DNA from: Chiloscyllium plagiosum
Taxonomy: Eukaryota
Assembly: GCF_004010195.1 (NCBI RefSeq)
Contig: NC_057750.1
Location: 3,344,761-3,408,760 of the forward strand
Length of the DNA stretch: 64,000 bases
Reading direction: 5' to 3'
In this document: piece by piece, positions 48,906 to 62,837 of the stretch
Layout of the letters: each line of letters begins with the position of its first letter
Numbering within the stretch: the stretch's first letter is position 1
Translations under genes and position numbers: made by a program
The notes under the pieces: model-generated
The model's input: only the letters and a program-made list of their open reading frames with translations
The model's database searches: none
What the model was told of the DNA's origin: nothing

Positions 48906-51900
48906 TTTCTCGAGTCTTTTCAAATGCTGTGGATCAGTATCTGCTTTTATGCAGTATCTCTCTACAATGGCACAGGAACTGTATTAGACCAATCTGCCCT
49001 TGGCTAATCTGTAATTGAACTCCACTTACTTGTCTCAGTTCCATATTCCTTAATAATTTTATTTAACAAAAACCTGTTGGTCCTTTTTGAAGTTTTAATT
49101 TCATCTTCAGCTGTTGTTACGGGGGGGGGTTGGTGTTTCGGGATGAAACAAATTTCACATTTAAACTTATGTGTAGTGTAGTTCTTCATCTCAACTTCTT
49201 ACTTGTAATGAATCTAGTCCTTTGTTCTGGACCCCTGCTGCCCCCACCCTGTGACTCGAGTAATGGAAATTATTCATTTCTGGTGACCCTACCATTTAAT
49301 TTCAATACAATCTCAATGACATTTTTCACTTAAATTCTAATTATCAAAGATTAAAATTCAAAAGGATGAGACCAAGAGACCAAGAGACCATGACATGAGA
49401 CCAAGAGAAGTGAGCATGAAATCGCTGTTGCAATTCAGAATTTTCCCAATGCTTGTGGGAAAATTTCTGTATGCAAACTTTCATAAGTGAACTTAACTCT
49501 GCAGCCTTAACCATGTGTTGAGCAATGTAGTGTGTTATGACAAATAATTACCCATTGATTATGACATATTGCATTGGAGGTTACAAAGGATGTTTTCAGT
49601 GTTCTCTCTAAATGCCTAATTATCGTTATTAGTTTGCAATGGTTTGCAATATTTTTCTGGTGAATTTGTTCTCTGCTGATTTCCGATGTGCTAGTTTTCA
49701 TGGGTTAATACAATCCGTATCCTATCCTTACATCACAAACAAATTGATCGTAATTTGAGATAATGTTCTAGTTCTTAGACTAGGCATAAGGGTACTGTAG
49801 ACTGAGTTTCCATTCAACTAAGATGAAGAGTACTTGTATTATCCTCTACATTGAATATTATGATAAGCAGATATTCATCCTGCTTTCAACTGGCATTCAG
49901 TTTCACATTTCCTCTGAATTTATCCATCAATGGAAATAAAATTCATGAAAGATAAAATGGGCTGTCAATTTGCATTCAACTATTTTATGCCGTTGCACAA
50001 AGTGACCTCCGACTATATCTTAACCAATTTATTGAAATGCAGAAAAAGATTATCTGCATGTTATTTCATTGCTTTTTTATGAATCTTGCTGTGCAGATCT
50101 GCAGGTTGAATTCCCACTCTGTATTGATTTAATTCCACTCAGCTTGGGCAGGAGTTGGGGCATTTTGAAAATCTGATTGATTCACTTTGAGACTGCTTCC
50201 TTATTTGGTAATGGATGGAAGCTGACCAAAGATTTCAGAATCCCGCTGGTTATGGCCTTTATTCTAGTTCCAATTTTAAACACATTTTAATCATTAGCCA
50301 TATTGCTCATTAGATTGCAGGATGTGGAATAAGGAGGGCTTGGATAAGCCAGGTCTCCTACCAGATCATTGTTCCTACCAGAAAATGAGGATAGTCTGTG
50401 GATGTGAGGTTCATGTTTGGATCTGCTGATAAATTTGAACTGCCATTCAAATACTCACTATCCTCACAATGGAAAAAAGCTCTTTTGGATGAGGTAGCAG
50501 GAGATTGCTTGTACATATAAAATTATCCTCCAGCATATATAGGAAAAGAGAAATGAAAATTTGGGAACCAGAGCTCTTAGGTTCAGAGCTGAATTGGCAG
50601 AAGGCACCTACAAATAATCAGAAGGTGATGTTGCACGAATATTATGAGAAAGTATCTTCCCTAACATGCAAATAATCTGGACTCAATGGCCACTTTTTCA
50701 TTTTTGAGTCAGAAGGTCACAGGTTCAAGTTTTGAATGGAGGCTGAATACATAGTATTGATAGTTTTAATCAATCTATTCAACGATGTTAAGACATGACT
50801 TTAGAGCAGTTGAAACTTAAAGACATAATGTAAGCTGAAACTTCAGTGCAATACCCAGGCAGCTTAGTAATACGCATCACGTTGTGGAATGAGTCTGCCT
50901 ACTCAGATGGTGTTACAGTCTCATAGAATTTCACAAAGAAGAGTCATGATTTGGAGATGCCGGTGTAGGACTGGGGTGTACAAAGTTAAAAATCAAACAA
51001 CACCAGGTATAGTCCACAGGTTTAATTGGAAGCACTAGCTTTTGGAGCACCACTCGTTCATCAGGTGGTAATTCTGCAGCTTGTAGCCTCTGCTCCAGTT
51101 CCATGTTTAAACACATGTTAATCATTAGCCATATTGCTCAATGGGTCCTAAATCGTATTGCTTTTTTGAGTGAGAACATGGAGTCCACCCCTTAAAATCC
51201 ATAATAAATACAGAAAGTTTGTCCTCTCAGCTTCCTACATTTGTTTAAATGCTGTGGCAACCCATATGAAATGAAAATTTACTTTTGGGCTAAAACTATC
51301 ACTTAAAACACATTTTCTTTGTTATAATCATTTTAAATGGATTGTTAGATTATACATTGTAGAATACAGTATTGTTGCCAACTCTGCCTGACTGTATTCC
51401 CAGAGCCAGTATGGCACAGAATAAGACCATTCAGTCCAAATTCTTGCAAGTTTTGTCATATGATATAATGTCACAAAGGATCTCACTCCTCCTATGTTTA
51501 AGGTGCACTGCTTTCCCATATCAGTTGGAAGGAACCAAGATCATTGTTACCCAATTGGATTAAACTTGACTGTCAATAAAGCATTTTACCCCCTGCCTGG
51601 GAGCTGGAGATGAGGAGGGATGTAAACTTGAGGGGGTCATGGGGTGTCATGGTTATCACCTCTGTTGGAATTTGACCAGGTGGGGGATTTAAGGGGTGGC
51701 CTTCCCTCTCTTGAGCCAATTGAGGCCCTAATGGATTAGCTGGTAGTTTCTGGAGATGGATATCCTCACTCATAGAGTTGATGCCATAACCTCAGGCAAA
51801 TAACAGCCTGAGAGAGTAAAGTCTAGCCATAGATTCCAGGATGGTTGGGCTCACCCTTCAAACCACCATAACTGCAGGTGGGACCATTACTTCCACATTA

Positions 51901-52379
51901 AATCCTCACCCCTATTATCTTTATATTTTATGACTTACAAATTGAAGAGTTATAAGAAAATAAAAATTTGAAAGTTCCCCAAAGTTATTTTTTACTCCTG
52001 GAATGTTTTCAGCAGCATCCTGAAAATTAATCATCTATTCTTGGAGATTCCAAGGTGATCCTAGAGTGTTGACCATTGGAGAATAGAGTGAGCTAATGTT
52101 GGTGGAATGGAAGTCTGGCTTGGCATCAGATGTCCTGCCACTGAGGTACAAAACCTACTAAAATTCCAAACACTTTTCTTCAGTATCTCATCTTTCTTTG
52201 TCATAATATTGCAATCTTCCTTTAGGGAATTTGTGAGATACTTTTGTAATATGTAAACATGTTTTCATTGCTTTGATTACAATTGCTTGACAACACCTTC
52301 TTCAAAGTAATTATGGATTTAATGGTTTTTATTTTCTGATAACTGTTCAATTTAAAGAGCTTTATAAGTGTTTAGGTCA

Positions 52380-52920
52380 CATATTTCAAGTTACAAGGCA
52401 CTATGTCAAGAGGGTGATGGAATACTCCCCATTTGCCTGGATGGGGGCAGCCCCAACAACATTCAAGAAGCTTGACACTATCCAGATCAAAGCAGCCCCC
52501 ACTTGATTGGCACCACACCCACAAACATCCACTCCCTCCACCACCGTCACTCAGTAGCAGCAGTGTGTACCATCTACAAGACACACTGCATAATTCACCA
52601 AAGATCCTCAGGCAGCACCTTCCAAGCCAACGACCACTTCCATCTAACAGGACTAGGACAGCAGATACATGGGAACACCATCACCTGCAGTTCCCCTCCA
52701 AGCCACTCATCGTCCTGACTTGGAAATATATTGCTGTTCTTTCACTGTTATTGAGTCAAACTCCTGGAATTCTCTCCCCAAAGGCATTGTGGGTTAACCC
52801 ACAGCGCATGGACTACAGCAGTTCAAGAAGGCAGCTCACCACTACCTTCCAAGGGCAACTAGGGACGGGCAATAAATACTGGTCAGCCAACAAAGCTCAC
52901 GTCTCATGAATGAATAAAAG
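52380..52920 (+). mobile_element. LINE 3' end whose tail is shared with the second SINE family
   Basis: ORF2-like VMEYSPFAWM region and tail GGGCAACTAGGGACGGGCAATAAATACTGG...ATGAATGAATAAAA. Confidence 0.7.
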
Positions 52921-53379
52921 AACTGAAACTTTCTGAGGAAAACTGCTAATTCCAGTACACCATTAGAATCATTCACAGCCACTGTACTTAAAATCCTAAT
53001 GGATTGATTGCTTTAGTCTGTAATATTTTATGCCATCTTATAATTTGAAGATGCAGTATAAATATTTATGGAACTTTCAGGACATAAACTGCCATAATCA
53101 TACCTTACTTTTAGAGCTGAGGTATATTACTAAGAAGAAGGAGATATTGACTGAAGTTTAAAAGTAACTTTGCAGAAACTGAATAGTCAAATGGTTTGAA
53201 AAAGAAAGGAGTATTTAAAATGTCTAAATTGTAGCAGTATGTGAAATTTGAAAATTATAGAAACTTTATCAGTTTCAGCAGAACATGGAATTATAGAACA
53301 GTTACATACAGACACTGAATGGTTCAGCAAAATGTATATGGATCATAATGAACTTCATATCAATCTTCAAAAAGTGAGT

Positions 53380-53985
53380 ATAGAGTCATCCAGTCGAAGT
53401 AGACCACAGCAACCAATTTCCCAAACTAAACTGTTCCCACTTGTCTGCATTTAGCCCATGTCCCTTCAAACCTTCCCTATTGATGTGCTCATCCAAATGT
53501 CTTTTAAATGTTGTGATTGTACCTTTATCCACCACTTCCTTTACAGTTCATTCCACACACGAAGCACTCTCTATGACAAAAATTGCCTCCCATTTCCTTT
53601 CCAAAACATTCTCCTCACCTTAAAAATATGCTCCCTAGGAAAAAGATCCTTTCCCCCACCCTAGGAAAAAAATTCTTGCTATTCACTTTATCTATGACCC
53701 TCATGATTTTATAAATCTCTATAAGGTCACCCATCAATCTCCTATGCTTCAGTGAAAAAGTTCCAACCTATATAACATAAACCCTCCAGTCCCAGCAACA
53801 TCCTGGTAAATCTTTTCTGAACCCTCTCCAATTTAATAATATCCTTCCTGTAGTAGGGCAACCAGAACTGTACACAGTACCCCAGAAGATGTCTTGCCAA
53901 TGTCCTGTACAATTTCAACATGACATTCCAACTCCTATACTCAAAGGTCTGTGCAATGAAGGCAAGTGTGCTAAAAGCCTTCATA
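53380..53985 (-). mobile_element. CR1/HER1-like LINE fragment
   Basis: LYRTLARHLLGYCVQFWLPYYRKDIIKLERVQKRFTRML. Confidence 0.88.
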
Positions 53986-54279
53986 TGGAAGGGTATCCTT
54001 CAACATTCAAAATCTCACTATTTTTGTTTTATTTTGGAGCTTCTAAATTCTCCTGAAGTGGCTGGCTGAAGATCAAGAATCCTCCAGTACAATTATTAAT
54101 TCATTTTTAACTAACTTTATGATCACTGCTTTCCCTACTTTATCTATGAGTGGGTTCTATATGTTAACAATTAACTTACTAGTTTGAACCTGTGTCCTAC
54201 TTTCACAACTTTAGTTAGAATGACATTCTATTGAAAGATTTTGTATATGCAGCTACTGGAGGCTGTAGCTGCAAAGTGA

Positions 54280-55195
54280 CTCGCCTTTATTGGTCAGTGC
54301 ATTGATTATGTGAGTTGGCAGATCACGCTGTGGCTAATCAGGACACTTGTGAGGCCACTTCTGGAATATTCCATTCAATTCTGGTCTCCCCGTTATAAGA
54401 AAGATGTCCTGAAACTTGAAAGAGTCCAGAAAAGATTTACAAAGATGCCAGAGTTGCAGAGTTTGAGCTATAAGGAGAGGCTGTAAAGGCTTTTGCTATT
54501 TTCCCTGGAGCATTGGAGACTGAGGGGTGACTTATATAAGTTTATAAGGAGGAGCATGAATAGAGAAAATATCAAAGTCTTTTCTCCAGAGTAGGGGAGT
54601 CAAAAACTAGAGGGCATAGGTTTAAGGTGAGAGGAGAAAGATTTAAAAGAGACCTAAAGGGCAACTTTTTTCATGCAGAGGGTGGTGTGTGTATGGAATG
54701 AACTGCCAGAGAAAGTGGTGGAAGCTGGTATATTATAACAATTAAAAGGCATATGGATGGATGTGTGACAATAGAAAATAGACAACAGACAATAGGCGCA
54801 GGAGTAGGCCATTCGGCTCTTTGAGCCAGCACCACCTTTCATTATGATCATGGCTGATCATCTTAATCAGTATCCTTTCCTGCCTTATCTCCATAACCCT
54901 TCATTCCACTATCTTTAACAACTCTATCCATCTCTTTCTTGAAAGTATCCAGAGACTTGGCCTCCACTGCCTTCTGGGGCAGAGCATTCAATATATCCAC
55001 CACTCTCTGGGTGAAGAAGTTTCTCCTCAACTCTGTTCTAAATGGCCTACCCCTTATTTTTAACTGTACATAGGAAGGTTTTAGAGATATAAAGGCCAAA
55101 TGCTGGCAAATTGTACTAGATTTAGTTTGGACATCTGGTCAGCATGGAGGAGTTGGATGGAAGGGTTTGTTTCTGTGCTGTACATCTCCATGACT
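54280..55195 (+). mobile_element. CR1-like LINE fragment with a nested antisense CR1 3' end (about 54770-55066)
   Basis: plus-strand ORF2 end is interrupted by minus-strand RGRPFRTELRRNFFTQRVVDILNALP and then resumes. Confidence 0.8.
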
Positions 55196-57164
55196 TTCCC
55201 CAGGAAGCTATTTTTCATGTTTGGGATTCAGCAGTGAGATAATTTGACTATAAATGGCAAAAGGTTATTTGACTATATATGTCAGCACACTTAATTCTAA
55301 ACTTGTCCAATTTGTGTATTTTCAGCAGTAGGTAACCAGCTGGTTTTATTGCTGCCTAAATAATGCTCTCATATTGTGATTTGACAAAACATAGATTCTT
55401 GTTTGGGTCCTCAAAATTTATTGACCATCCATCACAGTTAGTCTGGAACCATGACCACTAGAAACCCACCATTAACAACAAAGGATATAACTTACATTTA
55501 GGCAACTATTACTTTTTTACAATGGCAGCTAGTGTTTTATGTTTAAAAATTCTAACTTATTTAACAACTGAACTCTGACTGAACTTGGTCAGGTAATAAA
55601 TCTGTTGGCAAAAGCTCCATAAACAAAATGGTAATATTTAATGGACTGTTTTTCTGGTGCAACAGTGCATAAGGTTACTGGAGGAAGTGTCATGAACAAG
55701 TACAGAGCTAGTTTCATGTCTGCAATTGTTTGAATTATGAGTTAGAACTTGAGTTTGGTTCTAAAGTTTTATATGACAACTGGTTTGTTATTTTTGTTTG
55801 AATGAACTTTAGGGGTTTGAACCTGACTTTCCAATAATTTTTAATTGATGTGAAATTGGACATGCTCCTTATAGCCCTGTACTCTCATCACATGTATTTC
55901 CTCCTTCTACTATTCCCAGTTACTCAATAATTTCAAGAACAAAGACAACAACAATATCATTTTTCAATTACATAGCACCTTTAACATAATTACTCTGCCC
56001 CAAGGTACTTTACAGACTATTAAGTAACAAATTTTGATACTGATATAAGGAGTTAGTAGGCCAGAAAACCAAAAGCTTGGTAAAAGTGATAAATTTTAAG
56101 TAGTGTATTTAAGGAGGAAAGAGAGGAAGAGATGCAAATATACAGTTCCCAAGCTGAAGGTTTTGGCAGTTTATGGCACTACCACAGTGATGAAGAGACT
56201 ATAATCGGGAATGCTTCAGATCCCAGAACTGGGAGAGGCAGTGGTGTAAGTGGTGTAGTTATCCACACTCCAGGCTAATGCCCTGGGCACATAAGGGTCA
56301 TAGAGTCACACAGCATGGAACAGACCCTTCAGTCCATACTGACCATAATCTCAAATTAAACTAGTCTCTTCTGCATTTGACCCATATCCCTTCAAACATT
56401 CATTATTCATGTATTTATCCAAATGTTTTTTAAATATTGTAACTATATCTGCAAAGTTCGTTCCACACACGAACTACTCTCTGTATAAAAAAAGTTTGAA
56501 CCTCATTGTGGCTGGTGGTGAAAACTAAATTCAACAAAAATAAATCTAGATTTAAAAAAAATGTTTAGCCTAATGACAGCCACATAACTACTAATGATTA
56601 TTATAATCCACCCAACCACCCCCCAAAAAACAAAGAACTGTAGATGCTGGAAATCAGAAATAAAAACAGAAATAGCTGAAGAAACACAGCAGGTCTGGCA
56701 ACATCTGTGGAGAGAGAAGCAGAGTTAATGTTTCGGCTCCAGTGACCTTTTTTCAGTGCAATTTTGTCATAAAAGCCAATCTGGTTCATTAAAGTCCTTT
56801 TTGAAAGGAAATCTGTTGTCCTTACCTGGTTTGGCCTACATGTGACTCCAGACTCACAGCAATGTAGTTGATTCTTAACTGCCCTCAATGATTCCCAAAG
56901 TCCATGAATGAATAAAAAGTAATTAGTGGAGTGGCAATTGTAGGGCTGAATGGAAATGGCAGGTGGATGGGTGGTGTGGGTGGGAAGGAAGACAAGTTCG
57001 AAGGTTTGGTTAAGAACCTTAAAATCAATGAGGTGCAGATATGGAGAAAGAAGCTTGTCTAAGGTTAGAAAAGTCTGGCGTAACATTGACTAAATGTAAA
57101 TGGAGAGCACGGGGAGATGGATAAACAAAATATGGTGGGAGTTAGGATGCAGAGTTATTCATTA

Positions 57165-57930
57165 CTCAGATGGTGTTTAATTTAGATAATGTGAGTTGTT
57201 GCATTTTGGTAAGGCAAACCAACGCAGGACTTATACAGTCCCTGGGGAATGTTGCCGAACAAAGAGACCTAGGGGTGCAGGTGCACAAATACTTGAAAGT
57301 GGAGTCACGGGTAGCCAGGGTGGTGAAGAAAGCATTTGACACGCTTGCTTTCATCAGTCAGAACATTAAGGACAGCAGTTGGGATGCCATGCTGTGGCTG
57401 TACAGGACATTGGTGAAGCCACTTTTAGAATACTGCATACAATTCTGGTTGCCTTTTTACAGGAAGGATATTGTTAAACTTGAGAAGATGCAGAAAATAT
57501 TTACAAGGATGTTTCTGGCACTTGAGGGTTTGAATTGTAGGGAGAGGCTGAATAGGCTGAGGTCTTGTTCACTGGAGCTGAGGGGTGACCTTATGGAGGT
57601 TTATAGAATCTGAGGGGCACGGATAAAATGAATGGCCAAGGTATTTTTCTTAGGATGGGGAGAGTCTAAAACTAGACGGCATAGGTTTAAGGTGAGCAGG
57701 GAAAGATTTAAAAGGGACCTGAAGGGTAACATTTTCACAGAGAGGGTGGTGCGTGAATGGAATGAGCTGCCAGAGGAAGTGGTGAGGCTGGTATAATTAC
57801 AACATTTAATAGGGAGGGGTTAGAGGGTTATGGGCCAAATGCTGGCAAATGGGACTAGATCAAATTGGGATGTCTGGTTGGTGCATCTGAGCTGAACCAA
57901 AAGGTCTGTTTCCATGCTGCACGATTCTAC
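57165..57930 (+). mobile_element. CR1/HER1-like LINE fragment
   Basis: EQRDLGVQVH...LYRTLVKPLLEYCIQFWLP. Confidence 0.9.
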
Positions 57931-58984
57931 GTGGAGGGTTGAATGTAGAACTGGTTTGGAGCAATTCTGAAGAAGGGTCACTGGACCCGAAATGTTATCT
58001 CTGCTTTCTCACCACAGATGCTACCAAACCTGCTGCGTTTTCCCAGCAATTTCTGTATTTAGTTAATACCATTCCCCTGCCTTTTCCTCATACTTTGCAC
58101 ATCGTTTCATTCAAAGCAGAACTGAATTGCTTACTAGGGCTGTTTCAGAGGGAAGTTAAGAGTCAACTACTTTTGCTGTGGATTTGGAGTTACATGTAGG
58201 GCCAGACCCAGGTAAGGACAACAGATTTCCTTTCCTAAAGGACATTAATGAACGAGATGCATTTTTATGTCAATTTATAATAGTTGATAGTTTTTTAACT
58301 CAGTTTTTTTAATGTAGTCTATGCAGCTCCATTCTTGTAGGTGCAGTTACAATCACAATTGATCAGACAAGTGGTGATACAAAGTAGCAATATGTCTATG
58401 AATGTGAGCTTCTATTTCCAATTAAGTGTTACTTATGCCACAATCGTGCCCTCAGAAGCTGCGTTTTAGTTTCCCTTCACTATATTTGCTGCAAAGGGCT
58501 ATTCATGGCTGGCAGTGATTGACTTAGTGCACAGCTGGGCTTTAAATATGGCATCAGTGTCAGAAATCCTGGAATGTCCCAGCAATGATGAATGCTTCTG
58601 CCACTGGTCAGCACAAAATGGCAGGAATACCGAGGCAGAGAGGTATGGTGCATCCATAATGAGGTGAGAGTGGAGGATTGCATGAAATAACCCACTGTAC
58701 TCACAGAGAGAAACCCTCCATGAAATTCCCTAAATTTGACACTTAGCCAGTTTTGTTTGGTAAAATTCAGCCCTTTGTTTTAATATTTAAGGTCTTTCTG
58801 TCTTCATATATATAGCTTTGTTTGTTTGTTTTTTTCTTTTACGTAATAAACTTATGTTGTTATTAAAAAACTATCTGCAGCCTCGTGTGATAAGTTTCAG
58901 TGATGAACCCACCATGTTAACTACGTGTGAAAATTAAATACAAATGTACCAAACCAAGTTAAAACCAAGTTAAACAGTAGGTTT

Positions 58985-59177
58985 GGAGAAAGTGAGGACT
59001 GCAAATGCTGGAGATCAGAGTCGAAAAATGTGGTGCTGGAAAAGCACAGCAGGTCAGGCAGCATCCAAGGAGCAGGAGAGTCAATGTTTCAGGCATAAGC
59101 TCTTCATCAGGAATGTTCTTCCTGCCCCTCAGATGCTGCCTGTCCTGCTGCGCTTTTCCAGTGTCACTCTTTTTGAC
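58985..59177. mobile_element. inverted Penelope-like terminal-repeat insertion upstream of CYP2
   Basis: GGAGAAAGTGAGGACTGC... repeat followed by a partial inverted copy. Confidence 0.7.
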
Positions 59178-59658
59178 ATCATGCAGCAGGCACTGACTTT
59201 GGTTGAAACAAAACAGTTGAATATGTGAACACAGGATGACTCAGCTATTGGTTTAACTTCAGATTATCAGGAGTGCAAAGAGCAATAACCTCTAGCTCTT
59301 TAGACACCAGTTCCTCTATTACTTAATCAAGGACGTAGACTAAGACCTACATTACAAAGTCAAACCACAACACTTTTGGCTGTAAAACAATTTGGGTTTG
59401 TCACAGGAGCTATAAATACAAGTCTTTTTCAAGTCGTTAATTCCCCTCAATTAAGCTAGGTGTAGAGAGATTTGCTGTTTAGACAGGTTTTTATTATTAT
59501 TGAAGTGTTGCTTTGTTGTTTACAACTCAGCTTTAATCAAGTGAAAGTTATTTTCTATTTTGCACCCCAACTCGCAAACAGTGTTCCAAGAATTGGAACC
59601 AGGCCACAGCCTTTATTGCACCTCCTGGAAATTTTTTTGTCTTTCTTACACTAGCACC

Positions 59659-59841
59659 ATGGATTTAAGTGACCCAGGAAAAACTTTACTTTTTGCTTTT
59701 TTAATTATTTTATTTGTTGTGTGGCTCCTTAAAAGGCAACAGGTGCAGAAAGGCAGGTTTCCCCCAGGGCCTCCTGCCCTCCCACTTCTTGGTAACTTGT
59801 TCCATGTGAATGTAAAAGCACCTCACAAATCTCTCATCAAG
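59659..59841 (+). CDS. cytochrome P450 family 2 (CYP2) exon 1
   Basis: strong Kozak gcaccATGG; signal-anchor, basic stretch and proline hinge MDLSDPGKTLLFAFLIILFVVWLLKRQQVQKGRFPPGPPALPLLGNLFHV...SLIK; AAG|gtaagg phase 0. Confidence 0.95.
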
Positions 59842-60699
59842 GTAAGGAGAACTTCTATTCTTTTAAGTGAATAAATAATGAAAATGACTTTTGATTCCAC
59901 CTAACATTCTCAGTCCTTTTCCTTTGACTATTGTGTCAATTTACAGAGTCCAGCTGTTCTGGGGATTCATCCAAGGGTCATTTTAAACTGTTAGACCGGT
60001 TTAGTAAATGTTGATGATCTTTTAAGGTGAGACACAGTGAAACTCAATACTGTAATTGGCAACTTAATGTCAAAACATATTGGCCGGGATTTTTGTGCAG
60101 ATGGGACAAACTTTAAAAGTGGTAGACAGGTCCCACCTTCAGAAACTCCACTACAATTTCCAGCAGCTCCTTATATGCTGCTAAGGGAAAGAGGGAAGGA
60201 AGTGCATAAGCAACAATTATAAATTAGCTGAGTTATTTGAATTAGTGCATGAATTTTACCCGCACTTTGCCCCAGGAGCTGCTTTTAATCCATGACTTTG
60301 AGGTATAGATAAAAATACTCATAAGGGCAGTTAATGTATGTAGCACCATTAAGTTGTCAATTTAACTGTGCTGTCTATAAAATGTTAGTGTCACGAGAAA
60401 GAAATTGTTCCAGCAATTTTCAAAGATGTTTGGTGACACTCCTATGCATCACCTTTATAGCAAGTTTGCCTGCTTTCCAGAACCTATTATCAGTAAATTC
60501 AGTTCGATAAACACCTTATTGAGATTATTTAAGCATTAAATGTTTTTGATTTGAGATTATGAATACTAATATTTGCCTTTATAAGGGATTAAATGCTTAG
60601 AGTCATAGAGATGTTTTGATGTTTTGGATGGGTTTTTCATGAGTGGGACTTCCCTTATTTAGTGAAGTCTGTAATAATTACTTAGAATTTATTTTACTT

Positions 60700-62095
60700 A
60701 GAGTCATAGAGTCATAGAGATATACAGCACAGAAACAGACCCTTCGGTCCAACCCGTCCATGCCGACCAGATATCCCAACCCAATCTAATCCCACCTGCC
60801 AGCACCTGGCCCATATCCCTCCAAACCCTTCCTATTCATATACCCATCCAAATCCCTTTTAAATGTTGCAATTGTACCAGCCTCCACCACTCCTCTGGCA
60901 GCTCATTCCATACACGTACCACCCTCTGCGTGAAAATGTTGCCCCTTAGGTCTCTTTTATATCTTTTCCCTCTCACCCTAAACCTATGCCCTCTAGTTCT
61001 GGACTCCCCAACTCCTGTACTCAATACTCTAACCAATAAAGGAAAGCATACCAAACGCCTTCTTCATTATCCTATCTACCTGCGACTCCACTTTCAAGGA
61101 GCTATGAACCTGCACTCCAAGGTCTCTTTGTTCAGCAACACTACCTAGGACTTTACCATTAAGTGTATAAGTCCTGCTAAGATTTGCTTTCCCAAAATGC
61201 AGCACCTCACATTTATCTGAATTAAACTCCATCTGCCACTTCTCAGTCCATTGGCCCATCTGGTCAAGATCCTGTTGTAATCTGAGGTCCACTACACCTC
61301 CAATTTTGGTGTCATCTGCAAACTTACTAACTGTATCTCTTATGCTCGCATCCAAATCATTTACGTAAATGACAAAAAGTAGAGGACCCAGCACTGATCC
61401 AGTGGCACTCCACTGGTCACAGCCCTCCAGTCTGTATCCAGTATCCAGTATCTTGAGCCAGTTCTGTATCCAAATGGCTAGTTCTCCCTGTATTCCATGA
61501 GATCTAACTTTGCTAATCAGTCTCCCATGGGGAACTTTGTCGAACGTCTTACTAAAGTCCATGTAGATCACATCTGCCGCTCTGCCCTCATCAATCCTCT
61601 TTGTTACTTCTTCAAAAAACTCAATCAAGTTTGTGAGACATGATTTCCCATGCACAAAGCCGTGTTGACAATCCCTAATCAGTCCTTGCCTTTCCAAATT
61701 CATGTACATCCTGTCTCTCAGGATTCCTCCAACAACTTGCCCACCACCGAGGTCAGGCTCACTGGTCTATAGTTCCCTGGTTTTTCCTTACCGCCATTCT
61801 TAAACAGTGGCATCACATTGGCCAACCTCCATTCTTCCGGCACCTCACCTGTGACTATTGATGAAACAAATATCTCAGCAAGAGGCCCAGCAATCACTTC
61901 CCTAGCTTCTCACAGAGTTCTAGGGTACTCCTGATCAGGCCTTGGGGATTTATCCACCTTTATGCATTTCAAGACATCCAGTACTTCCTCCTCTGTAATA
62001 TGGACATTTATCAAGATGTCACCATCTATTTCCCTACAGTCTATATCTTTCATGACCTTTTCCACAGAAATATTGATGTAAAATACTCGTTTTTA
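60700..62095 (-). mobile_element. CR1/HER1-like LINE fragment in CYP2 intron 1
   Basis: 226-aa RT ORF with QHGFVHGKSCLTNLIEFF, YMDFSKTFDKVPH and KFADDTKIGG. Confidence 0.92.
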
Positions 62096-62837
62096 ATCCC
62101 AGCAGTGACTGTGGTTGATGCTGGACTATGCAAGGGCAAAGGATATATTAGCATAAGGGCAATAAGGGATGGAGGAATGAGTGGAGGGAATAAGTTGACA
62201 CTAAATTGGCACAGCTTGTCTATATAGACACAGCAAATTGTTTGCTTTAGTGTGTTGTTTAATAGGCTATTTACTGAGTCAGTAGACTTTACTGAGTTAT
62301 GTGGATAGGTAGGAGTCATGAATTGACACTAATTTGGCACAGCAACTATAAATCTCAGTGAGTACTGTGACATGGATTGATAAGGAATCACAAGGAGGCT
62401 GTTGAAGTTGAAATGGGGGCCAGAATAGTTGGGGCATGAGGAGTGGGTGTAATGTGTAGTAGGCTGTGAGGGGTGAGCACATGGCAGCATGATACTTAAA
62501 GTGCCAGAGAATTAAGGTGGGCCTTTTAACCAGCCTTCCTCACCACTTGGCGAATCCGACAGAGTTGTGTCCTGGATAGGCCCAGCTCTCTTCCCCTAAA
62601 ACATGAGCGAGAATTGCACAATCCGGCACCATTTCTGAGGTGACTGTGCTGGGTGGGTCACTTCCTTACTCAAGCTACCTACCCAGTGCTGTAGTTTCCG
62701 TTAAAAGATCTATTTCTTCTAGTTTGTTGAGATTCTTGTCACATAGACTTTGCAGACTGCTTGCTGTAGTGTGCTATTTAAATAGACAATTTACTGAGTA
62801 ATAAACTTTACTGAGTCATACTCCATCCACTGACTAA

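Noticed and set aside
49368..49410. Short GAGACCAA tandem array
   Set aside because: A simple degenerate minisatellite with no spacer structure; not CRISPR-like.
59410..59418. TATAAATA as the CYP2 TATA box
   Set aside because: It lies in a sequence resembling a retroposon tail also seen near 24040-24065 and is about 240 bp from the ATG; it cannot be supported without TSS data.
61029..61709. 226-aa reverse transcriptase ORF as an active gene
   Set aside because: Truncated, internally deleted CR1-like LINE fragment.
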